The notes under the pieces are model-generated. The model did not search any database, was not told the origin of the DNA, and was given only the letters and a program-made list of their open reading frames with translations. This document shows, piece after piece, positions 13,387 to 25,849 of a stretch of 64,000 bases of DNA. How positions within the stretch are numbered: the stretch's first letter is position 1; each line of letters starts with the position of its first letter. Source of the DNA: Leidyana gryllorum EB-2025a (lineage: Eukaryota > Protista > Apicomplexa); contig JBLWGC010000230.1 of assembly GCA_048772705.1 (NCBI GenBank), positions 1,612,001 to 1,676,000 of the forward strand, given 5' to 3'. The position numbers were made by a program, and so were the translations under genes.

Positions 13387-16130
13387 ATGGGATTCCTTGA
13401 AATCGGAGCACCTTTGACATGGGAAGAGAACACTGTTCTCCGTGACCAAATCAAACGCGATGGACTGACTCAGCTATTACACATCTTCAACATCAATAGA
13501 GCACGGGAAGACACTGATCTGAAGTGGGGTGAGGAGATTGAGTTCACCCTGGTACACCTCGATCACGAGAATAAGAAGGCTTCCGTCTGTGTGGACGGAC
13601 CTCAGGTGAGTCACTCTCTTATCCTTGGCCTTTGGTGGTCTATTGCCACTACCCGGCTGAGGCATTTTGCGTGCAATATTGGACCTTTGAATTGCAGATC
13701 TTGGAGAAATTGGAGTGTATGGAATCAAGAAACTTATGGGAAGAGCAGACGACCTTAGGGGAGGCTGCGTCGATCCTCTCTGGTGCCCGATCCCCGTTTT
13801 TGAGGGGAACTGTGTGGCACCCGGAGTTTGGACGTCACATGATTGAAGCGACGCCGAACCCCCCGTACGAGATGGACTTGAATAGTCTGCTGGATGTGGA
13901 GGATTCAATGTTGTCTCGTCGGTACAAGTTGCAGTCTGTACTTCCCCCCAATGTATACGCCACCTCTCTGACGGCGTTTCCGCGATTGGGTTGCGAAGGT
14001 TTTCTGTTCTCAGAGAACCACGAGGAGATTGCTCGAATTCAGGATGTGAAGATGGCAGACATGTAAGTCCCCCCTTACTGTGTTGAGTTTCCTCTCTGAC
14101 ATCCTCTTGTGTGTTTCATAAAAGTGGCTCTGCCCCTCGATATCACTTCTTCAATCGTGAATATCACGATCTTTTGCTTCGTTTGCGTCGTCACATTGAG
14201 CTGACCCCCCCGATGAGATGGGCTTTGATTGAATATATCCGCGATCTCGGACTTGTTGGATTGACCCCCACCACCATTCGAGACAACGATCCCGAAAACA
14301 CTCTGCCTTTGTCCATCAGGAGTTGTGGGAAATCTAATTTCATCCCCGACTTGATGATCTGCCCACACCCAAGATTCCCAACTCTGGTGCGGAACATTTG
14401 TCACAGACGTGGTGTTAAGACCACTCAATTGATTCCCGTCTTCAAAGACGACCACACTGCCACTTCTCCCGCTTGGGACAAGTCTTTGCCGCTCGTTGAT
14501 GGCAACAAAACACCTGACCGCCATGTGGTGACAAAGCAGTGAGTGGAAAAATGTGGGAAGGCCCCCCCCCCGTCAATGTACAGCGTGCAGGTCTAACATT
14601 ACGGCGAATCCGGTCAAAGATCACATATATCTGGACCACTTTGGATTCGGAATGGGGATGTCGTGTCTGCAAATGACCTACGGGACCCCGAATCTTGCGA
14701 CAGCCCGCTTTTTGTATGATCAGATGGCTGTTCTGGCCCCAATTTTCTTGGCGCTATCGGCAGCTACCCCAATGCTAAGAGGGTGGTTGTCTGACTTGGA
14801 TGCAAGATGGAAAGTCTTGGAACAGGGGTGCGACTGCCGCACTGACGAAGAAGTGGAGATGTATAAGAGGACTCGTTATGGGCCCGTGTCACTATACATA
14901 TCAGACGACGAGTATGCGAAGAAGTATTCGGCAGAGCTGAATGACGTGGAAGTGCCACTATACGAGCCAGGCTTGGAACAGCTTGTGGCTGGCGGTATGG
15001 ATGAAACTTTGGCTCGGCACTTCGCGTCTTTGTGGATACGCGACCCTTTGGTTATCTTTGGTGACAGAGTCAGTCTGGACAACACGACTCGAGTTGATCA
15101 CTTCGAGAACATCCAGTCAACGAACTGGAACAGTGTTCGTTTCAAGCCTCCTCCGGGTTCAGTTGATGGCAAAACCCGCCCATCAATTGGCTGGAGAGTG
15201 GAATTGCGAACCCCCGACCTTCAGCTGTCGGATTTTGAGAATGCAATGCTCGCTTCGATTTCCCAGGTCTTAGCTCTGGCCATCATGAAGGAAGGCTGGA
15301 GATTCTATGTACCTATCAGTGCGACCCATGCGAATATGGAAACTGCCCACAAGAGAAATGCTGTGCGCAAAGGGCTGTTCTATTTCAATTCTAAGGTCAC
15401 TTCTTGTTTTGCCACCAATGACGACGGAGGAAACCCGGCAGACACCACCACGCAGATGACGCTACGCGAAATCTTCATGGGATCCTCTCGCACTGGCTTC
15501 CAGGGACTCATCCCCATGATGGACGAGTTTGTGAGTGAGGAGTGGAGACACCACCGCTGTTCTCGCGACGCTGTGGAGAAGTATCGCATATACGCAAACT
15601 ACCTACGTATGCGCGTATTGGGACAGGCACCCAGCGACGCTCAAGTTTTACGTCAATTTGTCCTCTCACACCCGCTCTATCAAGGTGACAGCCAGATCAG
15701 TCCGGCCCTCAACTACGATATCTGCAAATACGCCGTCCTCTCGGGATTCTCGCTGAGACCCACAGAAACCTGCTGGTCTTGCGTCCCAGGATGCATGTCC
15801 TTCGCAAGCGCGACTCGTCAAGTCTCTCTTACTGCCCCGCTTCTGTCCAGCTGGTCAAACGTGCCCGCACTACAAAACTTGCTGGCCTTGCCAGTGAACG
15901 AGGGACGACAGAGCCTCAAGGACGTCCTCGCTGCAGCCAAAGACCAACCTCCAAAGAGCGAAGATGGAGACTCGTTGGCTAGCCAACAGTCCACTCTGGC
16001 CTCTCCTACAAATAAGACTTGCTCCTGTGGTGATACCATCCGCAAGGTAAGCACTATGAGCACAATGGACGAAGAAGACATCCGCGTGGCCACCGAAACT
16101 GCCACTCCCCTCCCCACCGATCTCCATTGA
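13387..16130 (+). CDS. GCLC: Glutamate-cysteine ligase catalytic subunit (gamma-glutamylcysteine synthetase)
   Basis: MGFLEIGAPLTW, KWGEEIEF, WHPEFGRHMIEATP, HPRFPTL, HIYLDHFGFGMGMSCLQMT, HFENIQSTNWNSVRFKPPP, GWRVELR. Introns 13606-13697, 14063-14124 and 14539-14590. Confidence 0.95.
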
Positions 16131-16136
16131 TGACCC

Positions 16137-16183
16137 ACCACACCTATACACACACACCCACACCCACACACCCACACCCACAC
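16137..16183 (+). repeat. (CA)/(CACCCA)n microsatellite just 3' of the GCL stop
   Basis: cacacacctatacacacacacccacacccacacacccacacccacac-like tract. Confidence 0.8.
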
Positions 16184-16652
16184 ATCTATATGTATACGAC
16201 TTTTGGCTTCGTATGGAGCCGGCTGTTCCTTAAAGGACAACATCTGATATAAAAAAGAGGTGGAATATCTGCCACACATCGTAAACATTAACTTCAACAC
16301 GACTTGTTCCCTCCCGACCCAAAGTATTTTGATCTCAATCGATCGTGTTGGCTCTTTGCAGACTGGCGGTTCGTCAAGTTGTTGTCACAACGGCTTCGAC
16401 CCGGAATTATACCTCCGAATGGATCAGTTCAGCCGCTGAAGAATAAATGTCCAATATTTGTTTAGCTCGACAAGATTTGCGAATGTCGAAATGGCGACGA
16501 GAAGTGTCCCCCTTGCTCAGGGGACTGTCTCAGGGCCCTTTGTGGCTCCTCCTTTGACTTTTAGTGCGACAGGCGACTCCCTTTTGTTGTTATGCGACAT
16601 CACGTCATTGTGATAATGAACCGATCAGTGTGTTCGAAACTGCACCTTTCAG

Positions 16653-17962
16653 ATGAGGTCAATAGGTGTTTGGTTCTGGTTATTGGGGTCTGTGACCGAT
16701 GTCCTCGGCCTCGATCTCGACCGAGCAGATGCCCCTGAACCCGTTGCCGGCACAGCAATGAAACACCAAGGCGTCCGCATAGGAGCCGCACAAGGAGCTA
16801 CTGACAGATTGACCCCTCTATGTCGAGCACTGAATTGCAAGTGGGCACAGTCAGCCTCAAGCGGAGACTTGGAAGTGTGCATGGGCTGCCCTACTCCGCT
16901 CAGCAAGGTGGACACACAAACCCTGGAGTCAGCTATCAAGAAGTACCTGGCCCCCTTGTCGGCTGTGTCAATCTTTAAGGCAGCAACCGGAGCATTCACC
17001 GTTAAAGACATGACATTGAGGACAGATCAGACGTACTTTAGCCCCAAACACTTAGACAGATGCTCGTTCAATTTGCCTGGTGATGAGACAAACGAAGCCC
17101 AATTGGTGAACTCACGTTTTGTACCCTCAACTAAGCAAACCATTTTGACCTCGCTCATCTTTGGAGATCTTCCAACCAGCAAAGCTCATGGGCTCGTGCT
17201 CGAGCTTGGCGATGATTTCACTCACTATCAGGACAAGTAAGTGGGCGCAAAATCAACTGACACTTTATACATATGTGTGTGTGTGTGTCACACAGGACTA
17301 AAAGACCGTTGGAAGTGGAACCGTCAGCCGTCTATCTGAGCAAGAAAGCTCGGCAATCTGGAGACAAATTCATCTACTTCTTCCTCAAGTACCACGCGCG
17401 ACGGAGTCGCTCATGTAAGGATGTGTGTGTCATTGTGTGTCTCCATACGTTTTAATCAGACGGGGCTGAGACAACTGTCGCGCAGTTCTTTGGCCATGAC
17501 GAGTCGAAAGATGAGATCCCGATCAGCATGGCCACTGTATTGAAAGCTTCATTGAAGGGCAGTCTGTTCCGGCCCAGTCGGGTGCTCCAGTTGGGCATCA
17601 TGCAAGCTTTGGCCAAGAACCTGGAGTGGAGAGTGTACTGCTCGTCAGCCAATTTGGCTAACAATCCTCACATGCAGGAGATACGAAGGATGTTACACGA
17701 GTATTCGCAGACCGCTCGCACTCAAGGGAAAAGTGCCGGAGCTATCAAACGCGCCATCAAGACCGCCACTGGTCGTGCCATGGATGAGGTTTGGGAAATG
17801 GTGCAGGACTTTGAGCGCTATCATGAACCGGAAACGGGGAGACCACCACTCGCAAGACATGGGGGTTACTCAGTCAACCAACTGTTCTTCTCACCGACTT
17901 GCGTGGAGGCTTTGGGGGACTTACGCGAAGCCCTTTTCGCTGGCGGGGTCACAGGATACTAA
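16653..17962 (+). CDS. Hypothetical protein with putative signal peptide, ~400 aa, 3 exons
   Basis: MRSIGVWFWLLGSVTDVLG N-terminus. Introns 17237-17295 and 17415-17459 join three ORFs in frame. Confidence 0.6.
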
Positions 17963-17980
17963 TATTCGTACATTATTCTG

Positions 17981-20688
17981 TCAGCTTACAACTTCACTCT
18001 GAGACGAAGATGGTGTTCTTTGATCCATTATTGATGCTGCATTTCTACGTGCTTTGGCGGAGAAGGTCTGCCAGATGGCCTTGCCAGGGCTTGCTTTATT
18101 CGGCGGTTGCGCGGGCTGTTGGGCAGGAGGCTGCTGGGGGGCAGGGGGGGGAGGGGAGCGTGAGATCTCCATAGGGGTTGCCGGAGGCGAGGGGGGAGTA
18201 AAGGAATCCAGCCTTGATCTATGGGTTCCTGAGTTTACGCTCTCCGACAGGAAACGGTTGATCTGAAGCTCCGCAGTCCTTCGACGATTGTAATTCCGCT
18301 TGCCAAAAGCACGCGTAAAGGCTTGCAGATAGTCAGATAACCTCCAAGCTATTTTCCAGTACCGCCATGCACCTAAAAACGGCTCCGAGGCCATCACCGA
18401 GGCGATTGCCTTGGCGTCATCTGTAAGAAGGAGCCGTCCAGTCGTCGAGCAACACCAAAACTTACACAGGGCGTTGTGAGGATTAGGCATGTCTTCTTGG
18501 CATGAGTTCCGGTAAAGGTCACTCAGCCGATGACTTCGTGACATTACGTGAGCGACGGGGGTTGTTGATGTTGGTAAGCTGGTAACGCTATCACCATCAG
18601 CGAAATATAACGCACGACTCAGTACAACAGAGTCCACAATAGCGGATACGTTCATCTGTGATGACACACATTTCATAATGTCACCAGCCGACAACCCTCA
18701 CCTCTTTCAATAACGTTCCCGGAGTCCAGCGCAGGCGGCTCAGTTCATGGTGAAAAAGAAGGGGAAGGTCAAACTGATTACCGTTGTGAGCAATCATCCA
18801 CAACTCTGGCTCAGTGTTCCCTCTACGTAAACGAGTGCGCAAGTCCAAGAGCCAGGCCTTCCACGCCTCCAAGCCCTCTTCCAGTTCCACCCCTGTCAAT
18901 ATTAAGCAACAATCGGTCCAAGAAGCTGGCTGAAGGGGGATTCACACGTACCACGGGACTCAAGCAGATCGTTCGTAATTCGCGTAATCGCAGAAACCTC
19001 TGGTGGGATGACAATGCTAGTTTTGATGAAGACTGAAAAGTCGTGAGCTTGTTCTGAGACACCTGGGATCAGTGTGAATTCCCCGTCCGCAGCAATGGCA
19101 GTTCGGCGGAACATCCTGGCCGTGGCTCCTATCTGTATAATATGGTCAGTCGTGACATTTAGCCCCGTAGATTCCAAGTCCTGCGGGAGAAGCAATTGAT
19201 TTGTCATAAGTTACACAACGTGTCTTGCGATACACACGTGTGCTGCCGTACTTACCCAGAAACAACACAGGATATCGGGATGAAGGGAGACCTGAGAACC
19301 AACGGAAAAAGCAATGACGGGTGACCTGCGGGGAGGAGGGTGCTGTTCGGAGTGATAGGAGCGATATGGAGGGGGAGACAGCTCGTTGCTTCTGTCGTGG
19401 TGGTGATGATGGTGGATCATATCCCATCCTCCACTGTCATGGGGTACACCAGCCCAGTGGGCTCCTTCCACCCAATGTGGTGGAGGAGGCGCTGGACCGG
19501 AATCGATTCGGATGCCATTCTCGTAGGAACAGGGCAGTCCTCGAGGGGTAAAGCCGGTTGGGCCCAGCAAAGGCATGTCGCAAGTGTGCGGAACCATATA
19601 TGGGTCGCAGGCCGCCGAGGGCGGCCACCCCGGACTCAATCGTATAGCCAATACAGATAAAACACCTCTGCCGAGTCCAGAGTCTGCCGCAGGTACAACT
19701 TGAACTAAGCAATCCACCACTGTGCCAACTCGGAGGAAATCCAAGATAAATCTGAAGCAAGTGGTATAGCAGAGTGATGTCACTCACCTTCTGAACTGAT
19801 TGATGTCCTCTTCCGCTGTGAGCGCGAGCAGCTCATTTTCGTCTGTTAGGAACTCCAGCAGGCTGTGTTGGTCACTGACACTCGGGCCCATATGTTCAGA
19901 TATCATCTCGCGCCACTGCTGCAGCACATGTGGTGCAGCGACCGGTGCCTCAGGTCGCCGTACAAACACCTGTAATGGCGTTGCCCGCCCGCTCTGAGGT
20001 TGTATAACGCCGACAGAGACGACAACGGTGTCAGAGTCCAGGAATCCTTTGTCTCTGAAAAGGAGAAACTGAGTGATAGACAATAGCTGTCGGAATGGGA
20101 CGATGACGAGCAGCACAATTCAGTGCAAACCCCTTCTTAGGGATGAGGTACTCACAAACACACGCAGACGAGGAGAGGAAGGCCTAATGAGAGCAGCAGA
20201 AATTACATTCGACCCTCTCTCGATTTACACAACAGAGGCGCGAGAAACGACAGTGGGCTGAAAAGAACGTACCCGACAGCTCCATAGCCCACTCGTGCAG
20301 CCAAATACCGCCTTAGACTATTGGCGTCACAACATTCCATATGTATTGTGGCAAAGGCTTCGTTATCGTGGCGTAGAGATGCCTGTGAAACACGACAATT
20401 CTCGAGGAAAAAGAGAACTCTTGAGGGTGCATAGGCGTCAGTGACGGTGTCGAGGTCGCTTGCAGCCGTGGAAGCGGATGAGAGGGAACCGGCGGGGCGT
20501 GAGTTGGATGGAGAGGGGTTGTATAAGCTCTGAGTCCGTCCATACACGTCGCGTGTCAGGATGACACGTTGGCGACATAGTTCCACCTTAGCTCTCGAAG
20601 ATGAACTCAAAGGTCTCCAGCCTCGTCTTTCTTGGGCCTCTCCACTATACTCATTGTCTGGCGAATAGGGGGCCTGGGACCAGATCAT
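17981..20688 (-). CDS. DEDDh (DnaQ/TREX/RNase T family) 3'-5' exonuclease with long N-terminal extension
   Basis: Spliced motifs ExoI CFWDLESTGL, ExoII MIAHNGNQFDLPLL and ExoIII PHNALYDAKA (formed across intron 18421-18465). Upstream exons (20203-20688, 28-nt micro-exon, 19784-20116, 19211-19783) join in frame. Confidence 0.8.
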
Positions 20689-21097
20689 CTGTATTATCTA
20701 TCCCTCTCAAATCGACTATACTTCTCATTCACGGGACACCCAGAAGAATTTTTGGCTACATTGGTGGCGATGAGCTTGAAAGCCGCCGCAGCAACACTTC
20801 ATCAAACCCAGCCCGCTGTTGTAACATAACAGTATACAAGGAGTCCCACACCAATGCGCTGCACACAATCCCGCCACTGCGACGCCCAACTTCGCCGCGG
20901 AACGAACAGTCCGCCACCAAACCACCAATCACTCTAACTGAACTCTGCAAACATCACTATCAGTGCCATCTACACTCACGTCACCACGCCACGCGCCCAA
21001 ACAAACATACAACCCACGCACGCCCACACACACGCGCACACACTCTTAACTTCCAGGGCGACTGGTGCTGACTCGCACAACGGCGGAACGGAACCCA

Positions 21098-24000
21098 TCA
21101 CAGCACACACCGCAGACACCACGAATTTACCTGAACGGTCTCCAAGCGCGTTAGTAGATTGACTTGGACAGCCTTTAGCACTTCCTCGAGAGCAACTCTA
21201 TGAACTGAACGGCTGACAAAGTAGGCACATCTGGTCACCAGCTTCTCGGCGATTTCCTCCGGCTGAAGGATATTCGATAAGTGATCACGAGTTTTGGGTA
21301 ACGAGGCGTTTTGATTGACATTGTGATGGGAAGGAGACGGAGAAGGGGGTGTGTACGCAATGGTTTGTCTTACGCCAGACTCGTCAAAGGCATCTGCAGG
21401 CGAGGAAATCTCCTCCAGGGGTGGCTGAGCTGTTTGGACAGTGTCGATTTGCCAACGGTCCTTCTCTTGCACGACTTGCTCTTCAGCGATAGACTTGGCC
21501 GAGACCCGACCGTCAGGAATCTGTCTGGCTGCCCAAGCGAATTGTAACTTCTCGTACGTGCTGGGCTCGTCAATAAGCGCAATGTGCGTGAGATCCTCGA
21601 TATATGTCAAGGCGACCAGCATCTCAGCTGTCACCAGCCACTTGATACTCTTCCACCGCAGCAAGCTGAGTCTTGAGAAGACTACCCCAGCGTCTTCTTG
21701 TTGGTCGAGTGATTGGTCCAGCCAGCTCTTCTTGATGTCAGTGACATTACTGGGGTCCTCGAGTGCGTTCTGCATCCCGAGCTGCCGTAGCCGACAGATA
21801 ATGGGCGAGTTCCGGCGAGCCACAGTGTAGAGCAGTCGCGCTTGACAAGTGACCTAAGGATTTGCTGTTGTGACAAGAGCGAGGATGGGCCTCAGCCCGC
21901 GACTTACGTTCTCGGGAACGAGCATACACGCGATGAACTGAACATATGAACTAAGATGACTCGCCATCAACTGTCAATTATCGACATCTCAAATGTTAAC
22001 CTCGCCGGCAGCTGCTTACCTCGAGAGTATCGGTGAGCATCTCAGTCGCGGGGAGAAAGCTCTGATCGACCCTCTCCAGGATCCTCTTTCCCCAGAATTC
22101 CACCGAGACACAGAGAAGCTCACAGGTTGACCAGTGTAACTCGCACCCACGAGATCTTCGAAGATTAATCATTATGGCGATGCAGAAGTCCGCCACATGG
22201 CTATCATTGGGCCCTTTCAGATTCCACTCAATAACACGTTGCAGTGTATGCAGTACGATATCACCGACGCTCAGTCCTTTACACTTTCGCTGCAGACCTT
22301 TCACTCGCCGCGCCTCCAGAGCAACCGTCTCTGGGGTCGACTTTAATGCGAAAATCCACGCAGGAGGCTCTTCATTATTCTGAGATAGAACCAAACATCA
22401 ATCATTTGAGCCCGCTGTCGCCCTCGTCAAAGTTTACCGGCCGGAAGAGAGTAGTGACAAAACAACTGTGTTTGGTCCATCGTAGTAGCAGGCCCAGTAA
22501 CATGTGCAGTGAAGGTGGCGAGCCCTGAACTTCCAGGTAAGGGCCCTCAGGCACACACAGGCGGCATATGTGTTCGAGCAGATGGGCTGCATATATTCCA
22601 GCTGAAGGTGACGTCAACGCCACGGCATCAAACTGTCTCCAGTTCAAACACACAGCAAAGAAGAAGGCCAACGAGCTTTGTGACCGCAGTCGAGACGGTG
22701 TGGACGCTGTGCGGAAGGCCGATTCTATGTGATGATAAAATCGTGGAGCCGAAGTGATCAAGTTGTCCCCGGGAGACGCCGAATAACATTCGATAGAGTT
22801 CAAAGCCGCCTTCAACTCATCCTGCAACAGAAAACGACGTAGCAGAAGCAAAACCACATGAAGCACCCCCTCAGAGACACACACACACACAAAGAGGACA
22901 CTTTGAGTGGAGGCCAAAAGTCCAAGTTTTACTCACCGAGGTGTCTTGAGACTGGATGAGTAGGCATAGTAGACAAGAGGCGACCAGCTTGAGTCCCACA
23001 TTGACTCGATCGAAGTATAGAACGGGGGGAATGAGAGCCAAACGAGCTGCAGACCGTTCTGATTTGGGATTAAGAGCTGTCCAGATGACCGCTGTAGTGA
23101 TGCTCGAACTCAGATTGCAGATCTCTCCCAGCGATTGAAGGTTGGGATGAGTTTGCAGAAAGTGCGAGGGGACCATTTGTCGGAAGAAGTGTATTAGTTG
23201 AGTGCTGTGTGTTGGAGCGTTAGGAGGCGGTGGTAGGGTGATGAAGCTCAGATTCAATAGATAAGTCAAAGTTTCTTTCATCCCGACCTCGAGGAGAACC
23301 GATTCGGCCAGTCGCTGTCCCACTAGGCACCTGTTGCCGTCAAACCAATCGAGCAGCCGGGTTGATGTGGCCCCGGGCGAGCCTTGAGTTGGCCTAATTA
23401 TGGCGTCAGCCAAGGCAGGGCGGCCAATAGAACTGCAGAGTTCTGCATAAGCGCTCAAAGCACTTTTGTATCGCAGTTTCTCGACAGTCTCGGCTGCCAG
23501 TATCCTTTGTCCCAAATCTTTGATCTCGGCCAACGGCGACGTCTCAAAGAGCGTTCCAATGTGGGAGGGGCCCTGATTGAGATTCACAAAGGTCACAAAG
23601 ATCCCGAGCCACGCCTTGTGAGTCTCCAGACGGAGAGCGGTTGGATGCTCGGCCGGAGACATGGCATCCGAGAAGAAGAAAGGTCGATAAGTCGCGTTGA
23701 GAAACTTGAGAATCTGATCGGAAGGAGAAGTGTGATGGGAATCGAGTAGGCGAGACACGCCCGCTCACACTGCGAAGGAATGATCGGACAAAATCTAAGC
23801 GATACATCGGAACGTAGTCGAAGAGCAGAACTGCCGATGAGATCGGGAAGCTCGCAGCCATTGGCTTGTCAGATTCGATAATGTTCAGTAAGATACCAGC
23901 GAACTCTGTGAGAGTCCGCGTGCCCTTTTCCGTGACGAAAGAGACGTTTCTGTCAACTGGATGTCATCCCACACGGAGTACCCGCCTTCCTGGTCACCTA

Positions 24001-24956
24001 CCCGTCTCGTATCACCTGTGCGAGTTCTTCACAGGTTGTGGCCGCCTTCCAAGTGAGGAGCGTTGCCCTGCAGGAGAGAGAGAGGGAGGTGAGTTGTGAC
24101 AGTCCATAGCGCAGTCTCTTCTGATTACTTGATGTATTCAGCCAATGCGGCTGCCTGCTCGGCAGACGGCATCGCTTGGACGCGAGCAATCTCTCTGATC
24201 TCGAGGAGCACATTGTATACACTCCACCCCTCCAGTCCCACATTGGCCGTTGGACTGTTCTGCTCGGCCACAGGGAGTCCAGATTGAGGGCAGCCCAGGA
24301 TGATAGAACACGCCGATGGGTTCTTTGCGATCAATTCTTGATCGGGTGCCGTACTTTTGGGGTTCAGCGGCACCAATCCTTGGGGGAACGGAGCGTCCTG
24401 GAGGTGACTGATCGCCTCAGCCGCGCAGGTGGACTTCATCAGCTGAGTGATGAGGCCATAGCTCAGCTGGGCGACCCCGAAGACAGCGTCCAAATTGAGT
24501 GCTGTTGGAACTCCAGTCTCGCCGTCAATGTCTTTGACGATATCATTCAACCAGTCCCTCACAGCGCCCAGAAAGGAGGGGAGGATGCCGGTTGCAAAGT
24601 TGTGCTGTACTGATCAAGCCATCAAGGAGGGCGGGAACAAGACGGGTGAGGGAGAGAAAGAGGTGTCGCGAGTGAGTGAGTGAGTGCGACCAATGTGGAA
24701 AGAGACTCACAGAGAGGAGCGAAGACTTGGCTGATGATAAGAGTGTCGAGGACTTCGGGCGGGAGATTCATAGGCGATATAACAGAGGCCCATTCAACTG
24801 TGATTCGTTCAAAGGCGAATGATGCATATAGCGCTCACACGACTGAAATGCTTCACGCCATTCTCCAGGAGTGGGGCAGCGTTGGCCTCTGAGCAGATCA
24901 ATTAGAGCAAAGGATGAAGGCTGTAATAGTTCCGATAGCGTCCAAACCTGTGACAT
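21098..24956 (-). CDS. Large Leu-rich alpha-solenoid protein (possibly Nup188/Nup205-like scaffold), multi-exon
   Basis: ATG 24956 (MSQVWTLSELLQ) and a chain of ORFs 24125-24562, 22871-23758, 22402-22917, 21996-22394 and 21098-21823 separated by short introns. Helical, Leu-rich, no catalytic motifs. The nucleoporin label is a guess. Confidence 0.5.
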
Positions 24957-24986
24957 TGGTGGAAAAAAAGTGGCTGCCCATCTAGG

Positions 24987-25795
24987 ATGAGGGGTATACT
25001 CACCATATTGATAGGAGCAGCTTTGGGAGTGGGAGCATTGAGCAACAATGAGGGCAAACTGAGCAAGATTCCTCTGGACCTCACTCCGGAAGGACACCCC
25101 CAACGTAAGCAGTCTCCGAGGGATGAGGTGTCATCGTCATCCATTGTCAGCTTCCTGGTGGTTGGCACGAACCTCTGAGCGGTCCGAAGAATGGAAGAGG
25201 GACCAGTTGGGCCTCCAACACGCCAGCGTCGTTCTACACAAGTTGTCAGAAGGAGTTCCGCTAAAAGAGACTCCCCACACTAAAGCTAAGGTGGACGACA
25301 CAGGACATTTCCTCCTGTAAGTAAAGCGCTCGCCCCTCAAACCCAGCCGCCACCCAAACAGTCCCGATGATCTCGAAGGCGAGTACCTCCTGAAAGTGGA
25401 ACACAGAGCCTTCCGATACCCACTGGTGCTGGTAACGGCTGACACACCGGGCAAAGAGTACACCTACACTGTTGTGGACTCCAAATTGGGCATCCGTCAC
25501 GTGGTCCGAAGACTCAAAGACTTGAACCTGCGCCCAGAAAGTCTGCAAGCGCCTTATCCACCCCCTAAACCCATCAACATCTTTGCTTATCTGAAGAATC
25601 CAATGGTCATCATGATTCTCATCTCACTCTTTGCCTCCTTCGTGATGCCAAGATTAGTCAATCAAGAGGAAATGCAAGCAGCTGCAGGCGGTAAGGTTAC
25701 AAAATGTCTCCAGTCAATGTTCGATTCAACACCCAGAAATCCCACAATTGTCCACCACCTTCACCAACAAAATCAAAGAGCTCAAAACCCACTAG
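24987..25795 (+). CDS. EMC7: ER membrane protein complex subunit 7
   Basis: Signal peptide, VDDTGHFLL/PDDLEGEYLLKVEHRAFRYP beta-sandwich, YLKNPMVIMILISLFASFVMPRL TM segment. Introns 25105-25150, ~25317-25361 and ~25691-25736. Confidence 0.85.
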
Positions 25796-25849
25796 GCCGT
25801 TCGTACAGAGACACACACACACACACGCGCGCACACACTCTGGCAGAGC

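Noticed and set aside
16506-16525. GTCCCC-N8-GGGGAC hairpin
   Set aside because: A 6-bp stem is expected by chance in 64 kb; no tRNA or snRNA context.
19980-20420. MATH-domain-like tail (DKGFLDSDTVVV)
   Set aside because: Only a short resemblance; the WG(F/Y) core of MATH domains is absent.
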